This document shows, piece after piece, positions 36,028 to 47,925 of a stretch of DNA of 64,000 nucleotides; the first letter of the stretch is position 1; every line of letters starts with the position of its first letter. Location: the NCBI RefSeq assembly GCF_018350175.1, contig NC_058368.1, positions 119,104,001 through 119,168,000 of the forward strand. Direction: 5' to 3'. The notes under the pieces were generated by a model. That model worked only from the letters and a program-made list of their open reading frames with translations, was not told the DNA's origin and did no database searches. Made by a program: the position numbers and the translations under genes. Source of the stretch: Felis catus. Lineage: Eukaryota.

Positions 36028-38350
36028 TAGACTGATTACCAGCAATGAAATTGACTCAGTAATGAAAAACTCCTAACAAACCAAAGTCTCGGAACAGATG
36101 GCTTCACAGTGAATTCTATCAAACATTTAAAAATGAGTTAATACCTATTCTTCTCAAACTATTCCAAAAAATATAAGAGGAAGGAAAACTTCCAAATTCA
36201 TTTTATGAGGTCTGCATTACCCTGATACCAAAACCAGATAAAGACATTAAAAAAAGGGAACTATAGGCCAATATCTCTGATGAACACAGATGCAAAAATC
36301 CTCAACAAAGCATTAGCAAACCTAATCTAACAATACATTAAAAATAATTCATCACAGTCAAGTGGCATCCCAGGATGCCATGCGGTTCAATATTCATAAA
36401 TCAATGTGATACATCACATTACTGAGAGAAAGAATAAAAGCCATACGATCATTTTAAAAGATGCAGAAAAAGGATTTGATAAAATACAACATCCAATCAT
36501 GATAAAAACCCTCAACAAAACAGGTTTAGAGGGAACATACCACAACATAATAAAGGCTATATACGAAAAACCCACAGCTAACATCATACTCAATACTGAA
36601 AAATTGAAAGCTTTCTCGCTAAAATGAGGAAAAGACAAGGATGTCCACTTTTACCACTTTTATTCAACATAGTACTGGAAGTCCTAGCCACAGCAATAAG
36701 ACAAAAAGAAGGAATAAAAAGTATCTAAATTGGTAACAAAGAAGTAAAACTTTCACTATTTGCAGGACATGATATTATATATGGAAAACCATAAAGACTT
36801 CATAAAAAATAACCTACTAGAACTGGTAAATAAACTCAATAATGTTGCGGGATATAAAATCAATGTACAGGAATCTGTTGCTTTTGTCAATACTAATAAT
36901 GAAGCAACAAAAAGAAAAATTAACAAAGTAATTCCATTTATAATTCTACTAAAAATAATAAAATACTTAGGAATAAACTTAACCAAGGATATGAAAGACC
37001 TGTATTCTGAAAACTATACAACACCAATGAAAGAATTTAAAGATGACACAAACAAATGAAAAGATGTTCCATGAACATGGATTGGAAAAACAAATATTGT
37101 TAAAATGTCCATAGTACTCAAAGCAATCTACAGATTTAATGCAATCTCTATCAAAATACCAAAATACAGCATTTTTCACAGAACTAGAACAAATAATCCT
37201 GAAATTTGTATGGAACCACAAAAGATCCTGAATAGCCAAAACAATCTTGAAAAAGGAAAACAGAGCTGGAGGCATCACAATTTCAGACTTCAAGTTATAC
37301 TACAAAGCTGTTGTAATCTTTTTGATGGTATGGTATTGGCACAAAAGTACACACACAGATCAATAGAACAAGTTAGCCCAGAAACAAGCCCATCATTATA
37401 TGGTCAATTAATCTTCAACAAAAGAGGCAAGAATATTCAATGGGAAAAAGACAGTCTCTTTAACAAATGTTGGGAAATCTGGACAGCAACATGCAAAATA
37501 GTGAAACTGGACCACTTTCCTATACCATACACAAAAATAAACTCAAAATGGATTAAATACCTAAATGTGGTACCTGAAAGCATAAAACTCATAGAAGAGA
37601 GCACAGGCAATAATTTCTATTATACCAGCTGTAGCAACATTTTTCTAGATATGTCTCCTGGAAATAAAAGGAAAAATAAACTCTTGGGACGACATCAAAA
37701 TAAAAGACTTCAGCACAGTGAAGGAAGCAATCAACAAAACTAAAAGACAACTTACTGAATGGGAGGAGATATTTGCAAATGACATATCCAATAAAGAGTT
37801 AGTATCTAAAATAAATAAAGAACTTATAAGTCAACAGCCAAAAAACAAATAATCCAATTAAAAAATGGGCAGAAGACATGAACAGACATTTTTCCAAAGA
37901 AGACATACACATGGCCAATAGACACATGAAAAGATGCTCATCATCACTCATCATCAGGGACATGCAAATCAAAACTACAATGAGATACAACTTCACACCT
38001 GTCAGAATGGTTAAAATTTATAACACAATAAACAAGTGTTGGTGAGGATGTGGAGAAAAAGGAACCATCATGCACTGTTGGTAGGAATGCAAACTGGTGC
38101 AGCCACTGTGGAAAACAGAATGGGGATTCTGCAAAAGTTAAAAATAGAACCACCCTATGATCCAGTAATTGCACTAGTGGATATTTACTCAAAGAATACA
38201 AAAACACTAAATAGGTGAATTAGATTAAGGGGTATACATGTTGTGATGAGCACCAGGTGTTGTAAGGCAGTGTTGAATCACTCAATCATACACCTGAAAC
38301 TAACATTACATCATGTATTAACTATACCAGAATAAAAATGAAGAACTTAA
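36028..38350 (+). mobile_element. 5'-truncated carnivore LINE-1 (~2.3 kb): disrupted ORF2 and shortened 3' UTR
   Basis: ORFs at 36406, 36760 and 37105 give [66 protein letters not shown]; many stops and frameshifts. Confidence 0.97.
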
Positions 38351-38424
38351 TAAGAAAGTATTCATTATAGAAAACAGTCACAATATATAAAGTGAAAATA
38401 TTTGATTATAGAATAGAAATCAAT

Positions 38425-39890
38425 TACAATTGACTGAGCACCCAGTAAGTACTAGGCACTGCACTAGGCACCTGGGATATAAAGTGAATAAAACAGACAC
38501 TTCCCTGCCTCCAAACTTGCATTCCATAGGTTGCTAGGAGACTGACAATAAATAATAGGCACTGAAAATAAGTAATTATATAGCATGTTAGAAAGTGGTA
38601 AATGCTTTGGAAAAAACAGAACAACATAAAGAAGGTTAGGAGTCGGGGGAGATGGGCAGATTTTACTCTGAAGTTGGATGCTCAGATAGGATTCATCAAG
38701 AAGGTGACATTTCAGCAAGCATTTGCAGGGGGGTGAAAAAATTGTCATGTGCTTGGGAGAGAGAGGGAAGGCCAGAGTACTTGCAGTGGAACTAAGCAGG
38801 GGAATGAAGTAGGAGAGAAATCAGGAAGCAAAGGGGGGACAAAATATTTGAGACCTTCGCTTTTGCCACTGGAGTACTACGATATGATTTTTGTGGATTG
38901 GTGTGGCTGCTGTGCTACAAATAGACTATAGAGGGCAAGGTGGATGCATGGTGGCCAGTAATCCTGGGGAGGTCTGGACCAGGTATTAATAACTGGAGAG
39001 GCTGGACTCTGGCTCTATTTTCAATATAGATGTGCTGCTGGATTGGTTAGACTTGAGTAAAAAGGGATTCCATCTCAGTTGATGGAGAAGATTGAGGATG
39101 GAACAGATTTGGTAGGGATGGGAGTCAGTGGAAGAAGAAAATAAAGGTTCACATTGGACACGTTGAATTAAAAAATATTTATGAGACATTCAAATGGAAG
39201 TGTTGAGTTGCGTGTGTTATGAGTCTGAGGTGCAGGGGAGAGGTCTGAGCTGGAGATAGAATTCTTGGAGTTGTTAACATAAGATTAAAGTCATGAGTTG
39301 AATGAGATCACCAAGGGAGGGAGTATAAAATGAGAAGTAATGGAGTCCCTGGGGCAATCCAACTTTGCAGAGAAGATGAGTGACTAGTGATGGATACTGA
39401 GGAGGAGAGCCTGGGAGGTAAGAAGAAAACCAAGAGAGAGTGGTGTCCTATGAACCAATGTCAAAGCTCAATATTGACTGTTGGATTTAGTAACAGGAGG
39501 TCACTGGTAACCATGAAGAGAGCTCTTTCAATGGTTTGGGGGGGGGGGGGATATATGTCTGGACTGGATTCAAGACTTCATGGGAGAGAAGGAATTAGTC
39601 TCCAAGAACAGACAACTGTTTTTTGGAGTTTGATTGCCAAAGAGAGTAGAGAAATGGGCTGTAGATTCAGGGGATTTGGAGGTTATTAGTTTTATCAAAG
39701 GTAAAAGAAGTAATGGCATGTTTGTTGGCTGATGGGAATGACCCAGTATAAAGGAGAGAGTTTTGAGGATGTAAGAAAGGGAGGGAAGAATTGCTGAAGC
39801 ATTGTCGTTGAGTAGCTAAAGGGGATTGGGTCAAGTGCACATAAGATGAAGGACTGGCTTTGGATGGAGCATAGGGTCTCTGTCCTGTGG
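38425..39890 (-). mobile_element. L2, ~1.45 kb
   Basis: tgactgagcacccagtaagtactaggcactg...gagaggtctgagctggagataga...ttggatttagtaacaggaggtcactggtaacc. Confidence 0.88.
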
Positions 39891-40454
39891 GGCTGAGGGA
39901 CATGGACTCTTGAGTAGTCCTAATATTTCCTGGTCAGAGAAGGTACTTCTCTTATCATGAGGTCACCGCATCAGCAGCTGAAGTGTTCACTGTCTGGGAG
40001 GCTGGATTCTTTTGGTGAACTCAACACTGCTTTTGGTAGAACTAAGCTTCCCTAAGGCTTCTGTTTTTGTTTGTTCTTGTTTTTTCCAGGAAAAGTTCAC
40101 TCAGCAGGTTAGAAGAGCTAACCTCACTGGGGCAAAGGTAGCTATCTGATTCCCTTCTAGACCCATGGCTGGAATATTCAAAAGAAAGAATAGGCATGTA
40201 CTTAAAATCCCACCAGCAAAGCAAGGACACTAAAAGAGAGGCATGGGGAGGGAGGGGAAAAAAGAATTCAAATCAATTGAATATAATCAGCATCTTGCCA
40301 TTCATAAAGCCAAAATGAAGTCATTGTGATTTCTGCATGTGTGCAAATTTTATATTTTTAGTTAAGCACTTTTTTTGTTTTTGATTAGAGAAGGGAGAGC
40401 ACCATCATCAGTCCATGCTTATGACTTCTAAACATCATAATTTAGTCCTGTTTA

Positions 40455-40661
40455 TTTTTATTTTTTAAATTTTTATTTAATTTTAATTTTTTTAGAGAAA
40501 GAACACAAGTAGGGGAGTGGGGCAGAGGAAGACAGAATCTGGAGCAGGATCCACACTCAGCACAGAGCCCAATGCGGGGCTCGATCCCACGACCCTGAGA
40601 TTATGACCTGAGCTGAAATCAAGAGTTGGGCACTCAACCGACTGAAACACCCAGGTACCCC
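40455..40661 (-). mobile_element. Older carnivore/feliform SINE
   Basis: agcacagagcccaatgcggggctcgatcccacgaccctgag...actgaaacacccaggtacccc; degenerate TSD aatttagtcctgttta / agtgtagtcctattta. Confidence 0.95.
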
Positions 40662-41421
40662 AGTGTAGTCCTATTTAGACCAGCTTCCTATGAGATGAAG
40701 AAATCCATAGCCACAGGTTATACCCCAGACTATATAAACAGGTCTTTGCCAAGTGCCTGTCTCAAGGGGAACTGAAAAAGCACACCTGTAGCTCAGCTTT
40801 AACTCATCACCTCTACACAAATAATAGGAAATGTATATCCTAAAATAGCAGGACAAATTGCACATGTTCAGTCTAAATAAAGCTTTTTCTTTTATAAAAT
40901 CCAGTCGCATCAAAGCCTAATGCAACTCCAGGTCTGGCCACGTGGCTTCACAAATGGCATCTAAGTTCATGGATGGGTGCCTTTTGCTGTTGACACAGGA
41001 AACACATCTTTCTCTATGTGACGCTCTTAATGAAGTCACTTCACTTGATCACGCATCTAAACATTTATCATCTTCTTTCCAAACTACATTCTCTAGAGAG
41101 GGGTGGTGGGGCTGGACAGTAGACATGCTTTTCCTTGATGAGAAACCTTTGGGGAGATGGAATGTGGGTCTAGGAAAGGGGAAGGTAAACATGAGGATAC
41201 TGTCAGAGGAGAGAAAACAGAGGGGGGCAGCTGAGCCGTAAGGGAGACCAGGAGTAAACTCAGTTCACCATTGTTATGTGTTATAGCAACAAAGAAAACA
41301 ATTCTTGCCCTTGAGTAGCTGATGGTTTAGAACGGGGATTCTTAACCTTTAGAGTCATACCTGTTAGATAATATGTCACATGCTCAGCTCACTCATGTTA
41401 TTAGTAAGGAAACTTCTGGAC

Positions 41422-41990
41422 TGTGACACTGATAAGAATCTCTCCCCCTCTTCCTCCAGTGCCTTCTGTGTGGGGGACATTCCTGCCCGCCTTCTCATCC
41501 CCATTTCACACCTCCCCCAGGGCACAGTAGTCATGGGGTTAGGTTGCTACTAATCCATTCCCAGCTTGAGGAGTAGGCTCCATTGACTTAAGAAAACCTG
41601 TGAACATTCTGTTTGCTCAGAGGAAGGCATGTGACCTGTGTTTCCCTGGAGAGAAAGATGGGACTGTGGTTGGATGCTTGGGGTGGAAGGCTAGGAAAAG
41701 GAAGAGAAGCTTTCTCCTAGATACAGTGCAGTGTGGATGTGAAACCTAGGACTGCTGCTGTCACTTTGCTACCATGAGCAAAGTGAGCTAGAGGCAAAGC
41801 CAGCACAACTCACAGAATTGCAGATTAAGGGGGCTGGAGCCATATACAAACATGTCTGAAGTCCACACAACGGTGGACATATCAAGTATCTATCTATCAT
41901 CTATCTATCTGGTAGGAGCTAATATATTCTTTTTATTATTTAACCCGGTTTGAGTTGGGTGACGGCAACATGTTACCAAAAGCACTGGTA
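41422..41990 (+). mobile_element. Old MaLR solo LTR (MLT1J/K/L-like)
   Basis: ggcatgtgacc; ggatgtgaaacctaggactgctgctgtcactttgctaccatgag; tttaacccggtttgagttggg...accaaaagcactggtaca. Confidence 0.7.
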
Positions 41991-42315
41991 CACATAACAA
42001 GTCTTTCAATGTTGTGGCTAGGAACTTCTGGTTTTGAGGAAGTTCAAATGTGTTACTAGTTGGAGAAATGAAATAGGTCATAATGTGCTGATAATTATAA
42101 TTACTATATTATTGTACATTGCATACTTCTATCAATTACATATATATATATGTATATAATATACATATATAAAACCAGAAAGCAGGGGATAGCATCCGGT
42201 AAGATGTCCTTGCATAGAAGAGCTGGTAGTGCTTGTGGTGTGCAGCATAGGAGACAGAAGACAGAAAAAAAATTCCAGATAAGAAAATACTTTTATTTCC
42301 TAATAGGCTTGCAAA

Positions 42316-42661
42316 TACTACCACCACAAACCTGTCAGAATGGCTAAAATTAACAACTCAGGGACAACAGATGTTGGCAAGGATGCAGAGAAAGGGGATC
42401 ACTTTTGCACTGCTGGTGTAAATGCAAACTGGTGCAGCCACTCTGGAAAACAGTATGGAGGTCCTCAAAAAATTAAAAATAGAACTACTTGTAGTTGTAC
42501 TACTAGGTAATTAACCTAGGTGTTTATCTAAAGGATGCAAAAATGCTGAATCAGAGGGGCACATGCACCCAAATATTTGTAGCAGGCCTATCAACAATAG
42601 CCAAATTATAGAAAGAGGCTAAATGCCCATCGACTGATGAATGGATAAAGAAGATGTGGTG

Positions 42662-42694
<33 letters not shown>

Positions 42695-43172
42695 ATACAC
42701 ACACAGGAATATTACTCAGTAGTGAAAAAGAATGAAAATATGTCATTTGCAACATTGTGGATAAAACTAGAATGTATTATGCTAACCAAAATAAGTCAGT
42801 CAGAGAAAGATAAATATCATGATATCACTCATATATAGAATTTAATAAACAAAAGAGATGAACATGGGGAAGAGAAGGAAAAATAGGATAAAAGGAGAGA
42901 GTAAGGCACACCATAAGAGACTCTTAAAATCAGAGAACAAACTGAGGGTTGTTAGAAGGGAGATGGGTGGGGGGATGGGCTAAATGCGTGATGGGCACTA
43001 AGGTGGACACCTTGTTGGGACAAACACGGGGTGTTATATGTAAATGATGAATCACTGGGTTCTACTCCTGAGATCACTTTCCCACTATATGTTAACTAAC
43101 TTGGATTTAAATAAAATTAAAAAAGAATAAATTGATTTTAAAAAGGAAAACAACACAACAACAACAACAACA
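42316..43172 (+). mobile_element. Feliform L1 3' end (~800 bp) with A-rich/(CAA)n tail
   Basis: cctgtcagaatggctaaaattaacaactcagg...gatgaatggataaagaagatgtgg...gttaactaacttggatttaaataaaa. Confidence 0.95.
42657..42694. repeat. (TG)n microsatellite within L1
   Basis: Directly visible. Confidence 0.95.
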
Positions 43173-44464
43173 AATATAGAGACTTCCTACAGGGGTCTTC
43201 CAGTCACAAAGCTCCCATTCAGAAATGGTAATGGTAGAGGAATGCTCGTACAAGACAAAGCCCCTGTGGGTGGCAGGTGGTAGGTATGAACAGAAAGCAC
43301 TAAACATTGCCGAGGGAAGCTGATGACCAATGCTGCCGCTTCATTACAGCCATCTCGGAGGCCTGGGGTATTGAAGCAGCTGGTGGATATAGTAAACACT
43401 TGGTCATTAGCAGAAAAACAAGTGTTCCAGTCACACAGGCAGCTTACTTTGCATTAATGCAGCATATTTAAACTAGCAGGCCAGAGGGATTTCCAGAGAA
43501 GGTGCTACCTGCGGACCCATCATTATAGTTGAATGAAATAAGATGTGCCAGCTTTGCCTTGTCCTCAACTAGAAAGTTCATGTCCTTCTTTTAGGATCCA
43601 CTCCCCTCCTTTCATTTTTCCCCTTTCTTTCCTCTTGTGTGTGGATGTTGGCCTTTATGTATAGATCCTCCTCTTATACTTGAGATCATTAAGTGATACG
43701 GGCCTTGGATGTGGTTTATGCAAGTTCAGCCTGAGCGTCTCTAGCAGTGTCTTGAACTTGACTGCAGTCGGGAAATTTTAAATATTTCCTGGATCGCCTG
43801 AGTCAGCTCAAGAGTCAATGATAAAACATATCCTGTAAGTCCTGTATACAACGTGTAGGCAGAGAAAAGACAAAGCAGTTCTCCAGCTGTTTAAATAATG
43901 AGCGTGGGATTCCCTTCAGGGGGTTCCTTTGCATTGGAGAGAAAGTTAAGGCAGGAGGGAGTGGGCAGGAAGGTTGCAGGATGCCTGGAAAATTAAGCGG
44001 GAAAGAAGACAGCATGGTGGTAGGAAACCCTCTGAGCGCTAAGAGAACAGATCCTGGGGAAGACCCTTGGAGTCAAAGCAGAAACTGCTCTGATCTTCGT
44101 TTCCCCACACACAGCTTTGCCAGAATCTGAGACAGCTGCAGGAACAGGAAAGAGTAAAGTGGGAAACTCAAAGGAACAAAACGAATGTGGTTTTTCTGTC
44201 TCAAAAATCCTGCATTTATCTTGCCGTTTTTCGAATGGAGATGGGCCATGTCACCTCTGTCAGGTATGTGACTGGGTAAAGAAAAAAAAATACATTCTCT
44301 CCCCGGTTCCAAACATTCACATTTCCAGGGTACCGCAGGACGAGCAAGCTGGAGTCTCTCCACTGATACAGAGCTTTACTCTATCTCACAGCTCTGTCAG
44401 GGAACCAGCCTACCTTCCTTCCCTCTCTCTTCTTCCCTCTCCTCCTCTCCCTCCCTGCCTAGGG

Positions 44465-44630
44465 CCATTCATTCAAGCCACAGCTCAGAAAGGACTGACA
44501 AACGTCAGGCACCGTGATAGGTGTTGGGGATACAAAGGGAGCTAAAGCATCGTTTCTGCCCCAGAGGATGCCATTCCCTAGTTGAGGAGCTGCAATATGA
44601 ATGCATCAGTTAGGATACGGAAAGATGAGA
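44465..44630 (-). mobile_element. L2 3' fragment
   Basis: cattcattcaag...gtcaggcaccgtgataggtgttggggatacaaag. Confidence 0.6.
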
Positions 44631-44964
44631 GCTCAGGAGAAAACAAAACGGAGGGAAGCCGAGCTGGCAGTGGAGGCTAGCTAAAGCAGAGTAGGGGACC
44701 ACTCACCAAATGCCTCTGCGGAACCAGAGGTAACTTCCCTTATCAGCTACCAGGAAGTTCTGGTATGAAGAATAACATTTTAGCCGGCAAAGACCCACTC
44801 TCATGCAGTGGCTGGAGGTGTCGGTATTGCCGATTTTTCATTTTCTTTTACGTACTGTTGGTTGGGGATGAAATTGGTATAGTTTTTGGTTTTGGTTTTG
44901 CTTTTTTACTGAGGAGAGGGACAAGTAATTTGGTCATTTTTCTATCAAAATAAAAAACAGACAT

Positions 44965-45240
44965 GAACATACACTGCAGTGCCTGCAATCAAGGAATCTT
45001 CCCTCAGATATACAAGGATAACAGTGTGAGTTCATTACCACATTGTTTATGGCAGTAACAAACTGTAAATAACCTAAATGTCTAATTATAGGGAAATGGT
45101 TCAATCAATTCCAGAATGCTGTAGAGCAGCTTAAAAGAATAATATCGAGCTCTACATACTGAATAAAAAGAGATTGTTGAATAAAAACAACATGCTCTAG
45201 AATAACTTATATAGTATGATACCAATGATAATTTTTAAAA
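44965..45240 (+). mobile_element. Old L1ME-type 3' fragment
   Basis: ttcattaccacattgtttatggcagtaacaaactgtaaataacctaaatgtctaattatagggaaatggtt. Confidence 0.7.
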
Positions 45241-45243
45241 ACC

Positions 45244-45398
45244 CTTCGGCTCAGGTCATGATCTCACAGCTCGTGAGTTTGAGCCCCGCATCAGGCTCTG
45301 TGCTGACAGCTCAGAGCCTGGAGCCTGCTTCTGCTTCTGTGTCTCCCTCTGTCTCTGCCCCTAACCCACTTGTGTTCTGTCTCTGTCTCTCTCAAAAA
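45244..45398 (+). mobile_element. SINEC_Fc-type SINE lacking its 5' ~37 nt and most of the tail
   Basis: cttcggctcaggtcatgatctcacagctcgtgagtttgagccccgcatcaggctctgtgctgacagctcagagcctggagcc. Confidence 0.95.
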
Positions 45399-45412
45399 TG
45401 TTTATTTATTTT

Positions 45413-45459
<47 letters not shown>

Positions 45460-45606
45460 AGAGTGCAAGCAGAGGAGGGGCAGAGAGAGAGAGGAAGGGA
45501 GACACAGAATCTGAAAGAGGCTCCAGGCTCCAAGCTGTTCAGCTCAGAGTCCATTTCAGGGTTCAAATGCACCAACTGAGCATGACCTGAGCCACCCAGG
45601 TGCCCC
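45399..45606 (-). mobile_element. SINEC_Fc-type SINE with internal deletion, abutting the previous SINE tail-to-tail
   Basis: tgtttatttattttttg(ag)n...gacacagaatctgaaagaggctccaggctc...catgacctgagccacccaggtgcccc. Confidence 0.95.
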
Positions 45607-45696
45607 TATTTGAATTTATTTTTACACTAAGCATGTATTCACATAATACTCTTGCTAAAACATAAAAATTATATTTTAAACTCCAGTGGTATCCAT

Positions 45697-45848
45697 GGGG
45701 CACTCGGGTAGCTTAGTTGATGGAGCATCCTACTTTTGATTTCAAGTCAGGTCATGATCCCAGGGTCATGGAATCTAGCCCCATGTTAGGCTCTGCACTG
45801 AGCATGGAGCCTGCACACACTCTCTCTCAAATAATTTTTTTTTTTTAA
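45697..45848 (+). mobile_element. Older carnivore SINE, internally deleted
   Basis: ggggcactcgggtagcttagttg...caggtcatgatcccagggtcatgg; TSD tccagtggtatcca (45682) / tccaatggtttcca (45849), 12/14. Confidence 0.9.
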
Positions 45849-46447
45849 TCCAATGGTTTCCAAAATACCACCAGAGGCATCAGGCAGTAATATAATGTCC
45901 GGTGAAGTGGTGAATGGCTGGCAAGTTTCAGCTGCACAGAGGTGGCCTTGAACATTTTGAACATTACTACAAAGGAAAAGGCTTCCAACCTGATCTTTTA
46001 AAGTCAAACCTAGAATTCTGGGCAGTTGGTTAGCCACGTGGCAAAGCTTATGCCAAAGTGTGAAACCTCTGAGCTGAACACCTTGGTTCTATGTGGTGTC
46101 CCAGTGACAATGGAAAGCTCAGCAGATTAACTAGTTGCTTCGGCTACAAAACTGGGCCTATCCCTCCCCGAAACAGCTCACTGACAACATCAGTCAAACC
46201 AGTTATACTTGTCATGCAGACAGTAAGCCCAGTTATTAGGTTGAAACATTCCCTTTGTCACCAGTAGCTGCCCCTTCTTGTGCAGGCATAGTGAAAATGT
46301 GCATGGCACTCTTCCGTGAGTACATTGTCATCTTCTCCTTTGTTCAAACCATCTTTGAAGCGGCTTCTTGGCAGGAGTGTGGAGGGGGCCAAAGGACTTC
46401 TTGGCCCAAGAGATGCGATCAATCCAGTTTTCAGAGAGGCACAAAGG

Positions 46448-46640
46448 AAGACTAGACTTTGGAGTCAGACAGACCTACATCTGAGTCCTGTCTGCCCTCA
46501 CAGGCTCTGTGACTGTGGGCAAGTTCCTTGACCTCTCTGAGCCTTACTTTCCTTATCTGCAAATGAGGTGGAGGGTATTCTGCAATTCAGTCCCTAAGGA
46601 TTAAATCCACCTAGGATGGAGCCTACCGTGTAGTTCCTGT
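46448..46640 (+). mobile_element. MIR
   Basis: ctttggagtcagacagacct...tgtgactgtgggcaagttccttgacctctctgagcctt. Confidence 0.85.
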
Positions 46641-47539
46641 ATCCTTTTAAGCATGGTGAGGAAAAATATTTGTGTTTGTTTTTAAAGGAGAATCACCCTG
46701 AAATTATCACCTGGTCCAGAAGTTTCCTTCTCATTTGCCTTTTTAAATTGAGCAAAGGCCTGTTTTCTGGCTCAAGAAAAGTCTTGGGTTTTAGGCTGCC
46801 AGCATTTTGGCTTTTGGGTAGGGTGGGGCCAGCACAGCTTGGGGTGTCCTAGTGGGGTTCTGTTTCCTGCAGCATATCCAGGTCTTCAAAATATCTGGTA
46901 AATACCAAAAGCAAATTTCAACAAGGTGGTAATTCCAGGGGAAACAGGATTTCAGACTGTTTACTAAGAAGACACCCAGGCAGGCACTGACTATTTGGTC
47001 AGATTTTTTACCACTGGGGACAATTTTACTTTATAATCCTCCCAATTCTCCTGCTGCTATGGCGAGACTCCTTTGGGGGGTTAGTGCCCCCGGCAGTTCT
47101 GTGGGCCACAGGGAACCCCACCCGCTTCCTGGTCTTCTTCAGAAGCACAGAATAACAAGGGCAGGTATAAAAAGTATATTCAGCTCTTGTGTCTGGAAGA
47201 CCAACTTGAAGTATGGGGAACAGTGAAGGGTATTAAAAGCTTAGTTTAGAATAGGGCCTTTATATATCCAGAGAGGAGAAATGAAAGCTTTATGAAGGTG
47301 GCTGTATTCTTGCTGAACTGGGCTCCCCATAAATTACTACCCAGTCATGTGGCCGGGGCAACCCTCAAGATGAGCGGGATGCTGCCTGGGAAATCATCTC
47401 CACAGAGTTGCTTGCCCAGGCTGAGGAATGAGTGGACAGAGGAAGGTCATCTGGCTGGTATGCTGCAGAGCCCGGATTTTAATCTATGCTTTTGGGCTGT
47501 GGAGTCTGAGCTCCGAACCCTGAGGGTAATGGGAAGCCA

Positions 47540-47775
47540 TATGGATTCTGTGGCACTGTGTCAGCTGGAGCGCCTCAGGCAAATGGCTGAACCGTTGTTT
47601 GCAGCCTCAGTTTCCTCATCTACAAAATGGGAATAAGAAGAAGCTCTTTCTCTCAGAAGTGAGTTTTGAGGATTCGGTGATTTTATGTACCTAGAGTTTA
47701 TCACACTATCATACAACGTCTGTACGTAGTAAGTGCTCACACATTGTTATCTGTCAATATTGTGATTACTATTAT
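47540..47775 (+). mobile_element. MIR
   Basis: gcctcagtttcctcatctacaaaatgggaataa...ttgaggatt...gtagtaagtgctca. Confidence 0.8.
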
Positions 47776-47779
47776 TCAT

Positions 47780-47925
47780 GAATCCTGGATCCCTACAACA
47801 GCACCACTCAATAGGCATTATGGTCATTTCATCGTGTGAGGAAACTGAGGCCCGGGGCTCTCAAATGCCTGACTCACATGAGTAAGCCATAAGTGGCAGA
47901 GCTAACCTGATGCAGTTAGATTAGA
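47780..47925 (-). mobile_element. MIR fragment
   Basis: tgaggaaactgaggccc...taagtggcagagct. Confidence 0.75.

Noticed and set aside
36406..37743. Reverse-transcriptase-like ORFs as a novel RT system or domesticated gene
   Set aside because: Ordinary 5'-truncated L1 ORF2 with stops, frameshifts and a broken FADD motif
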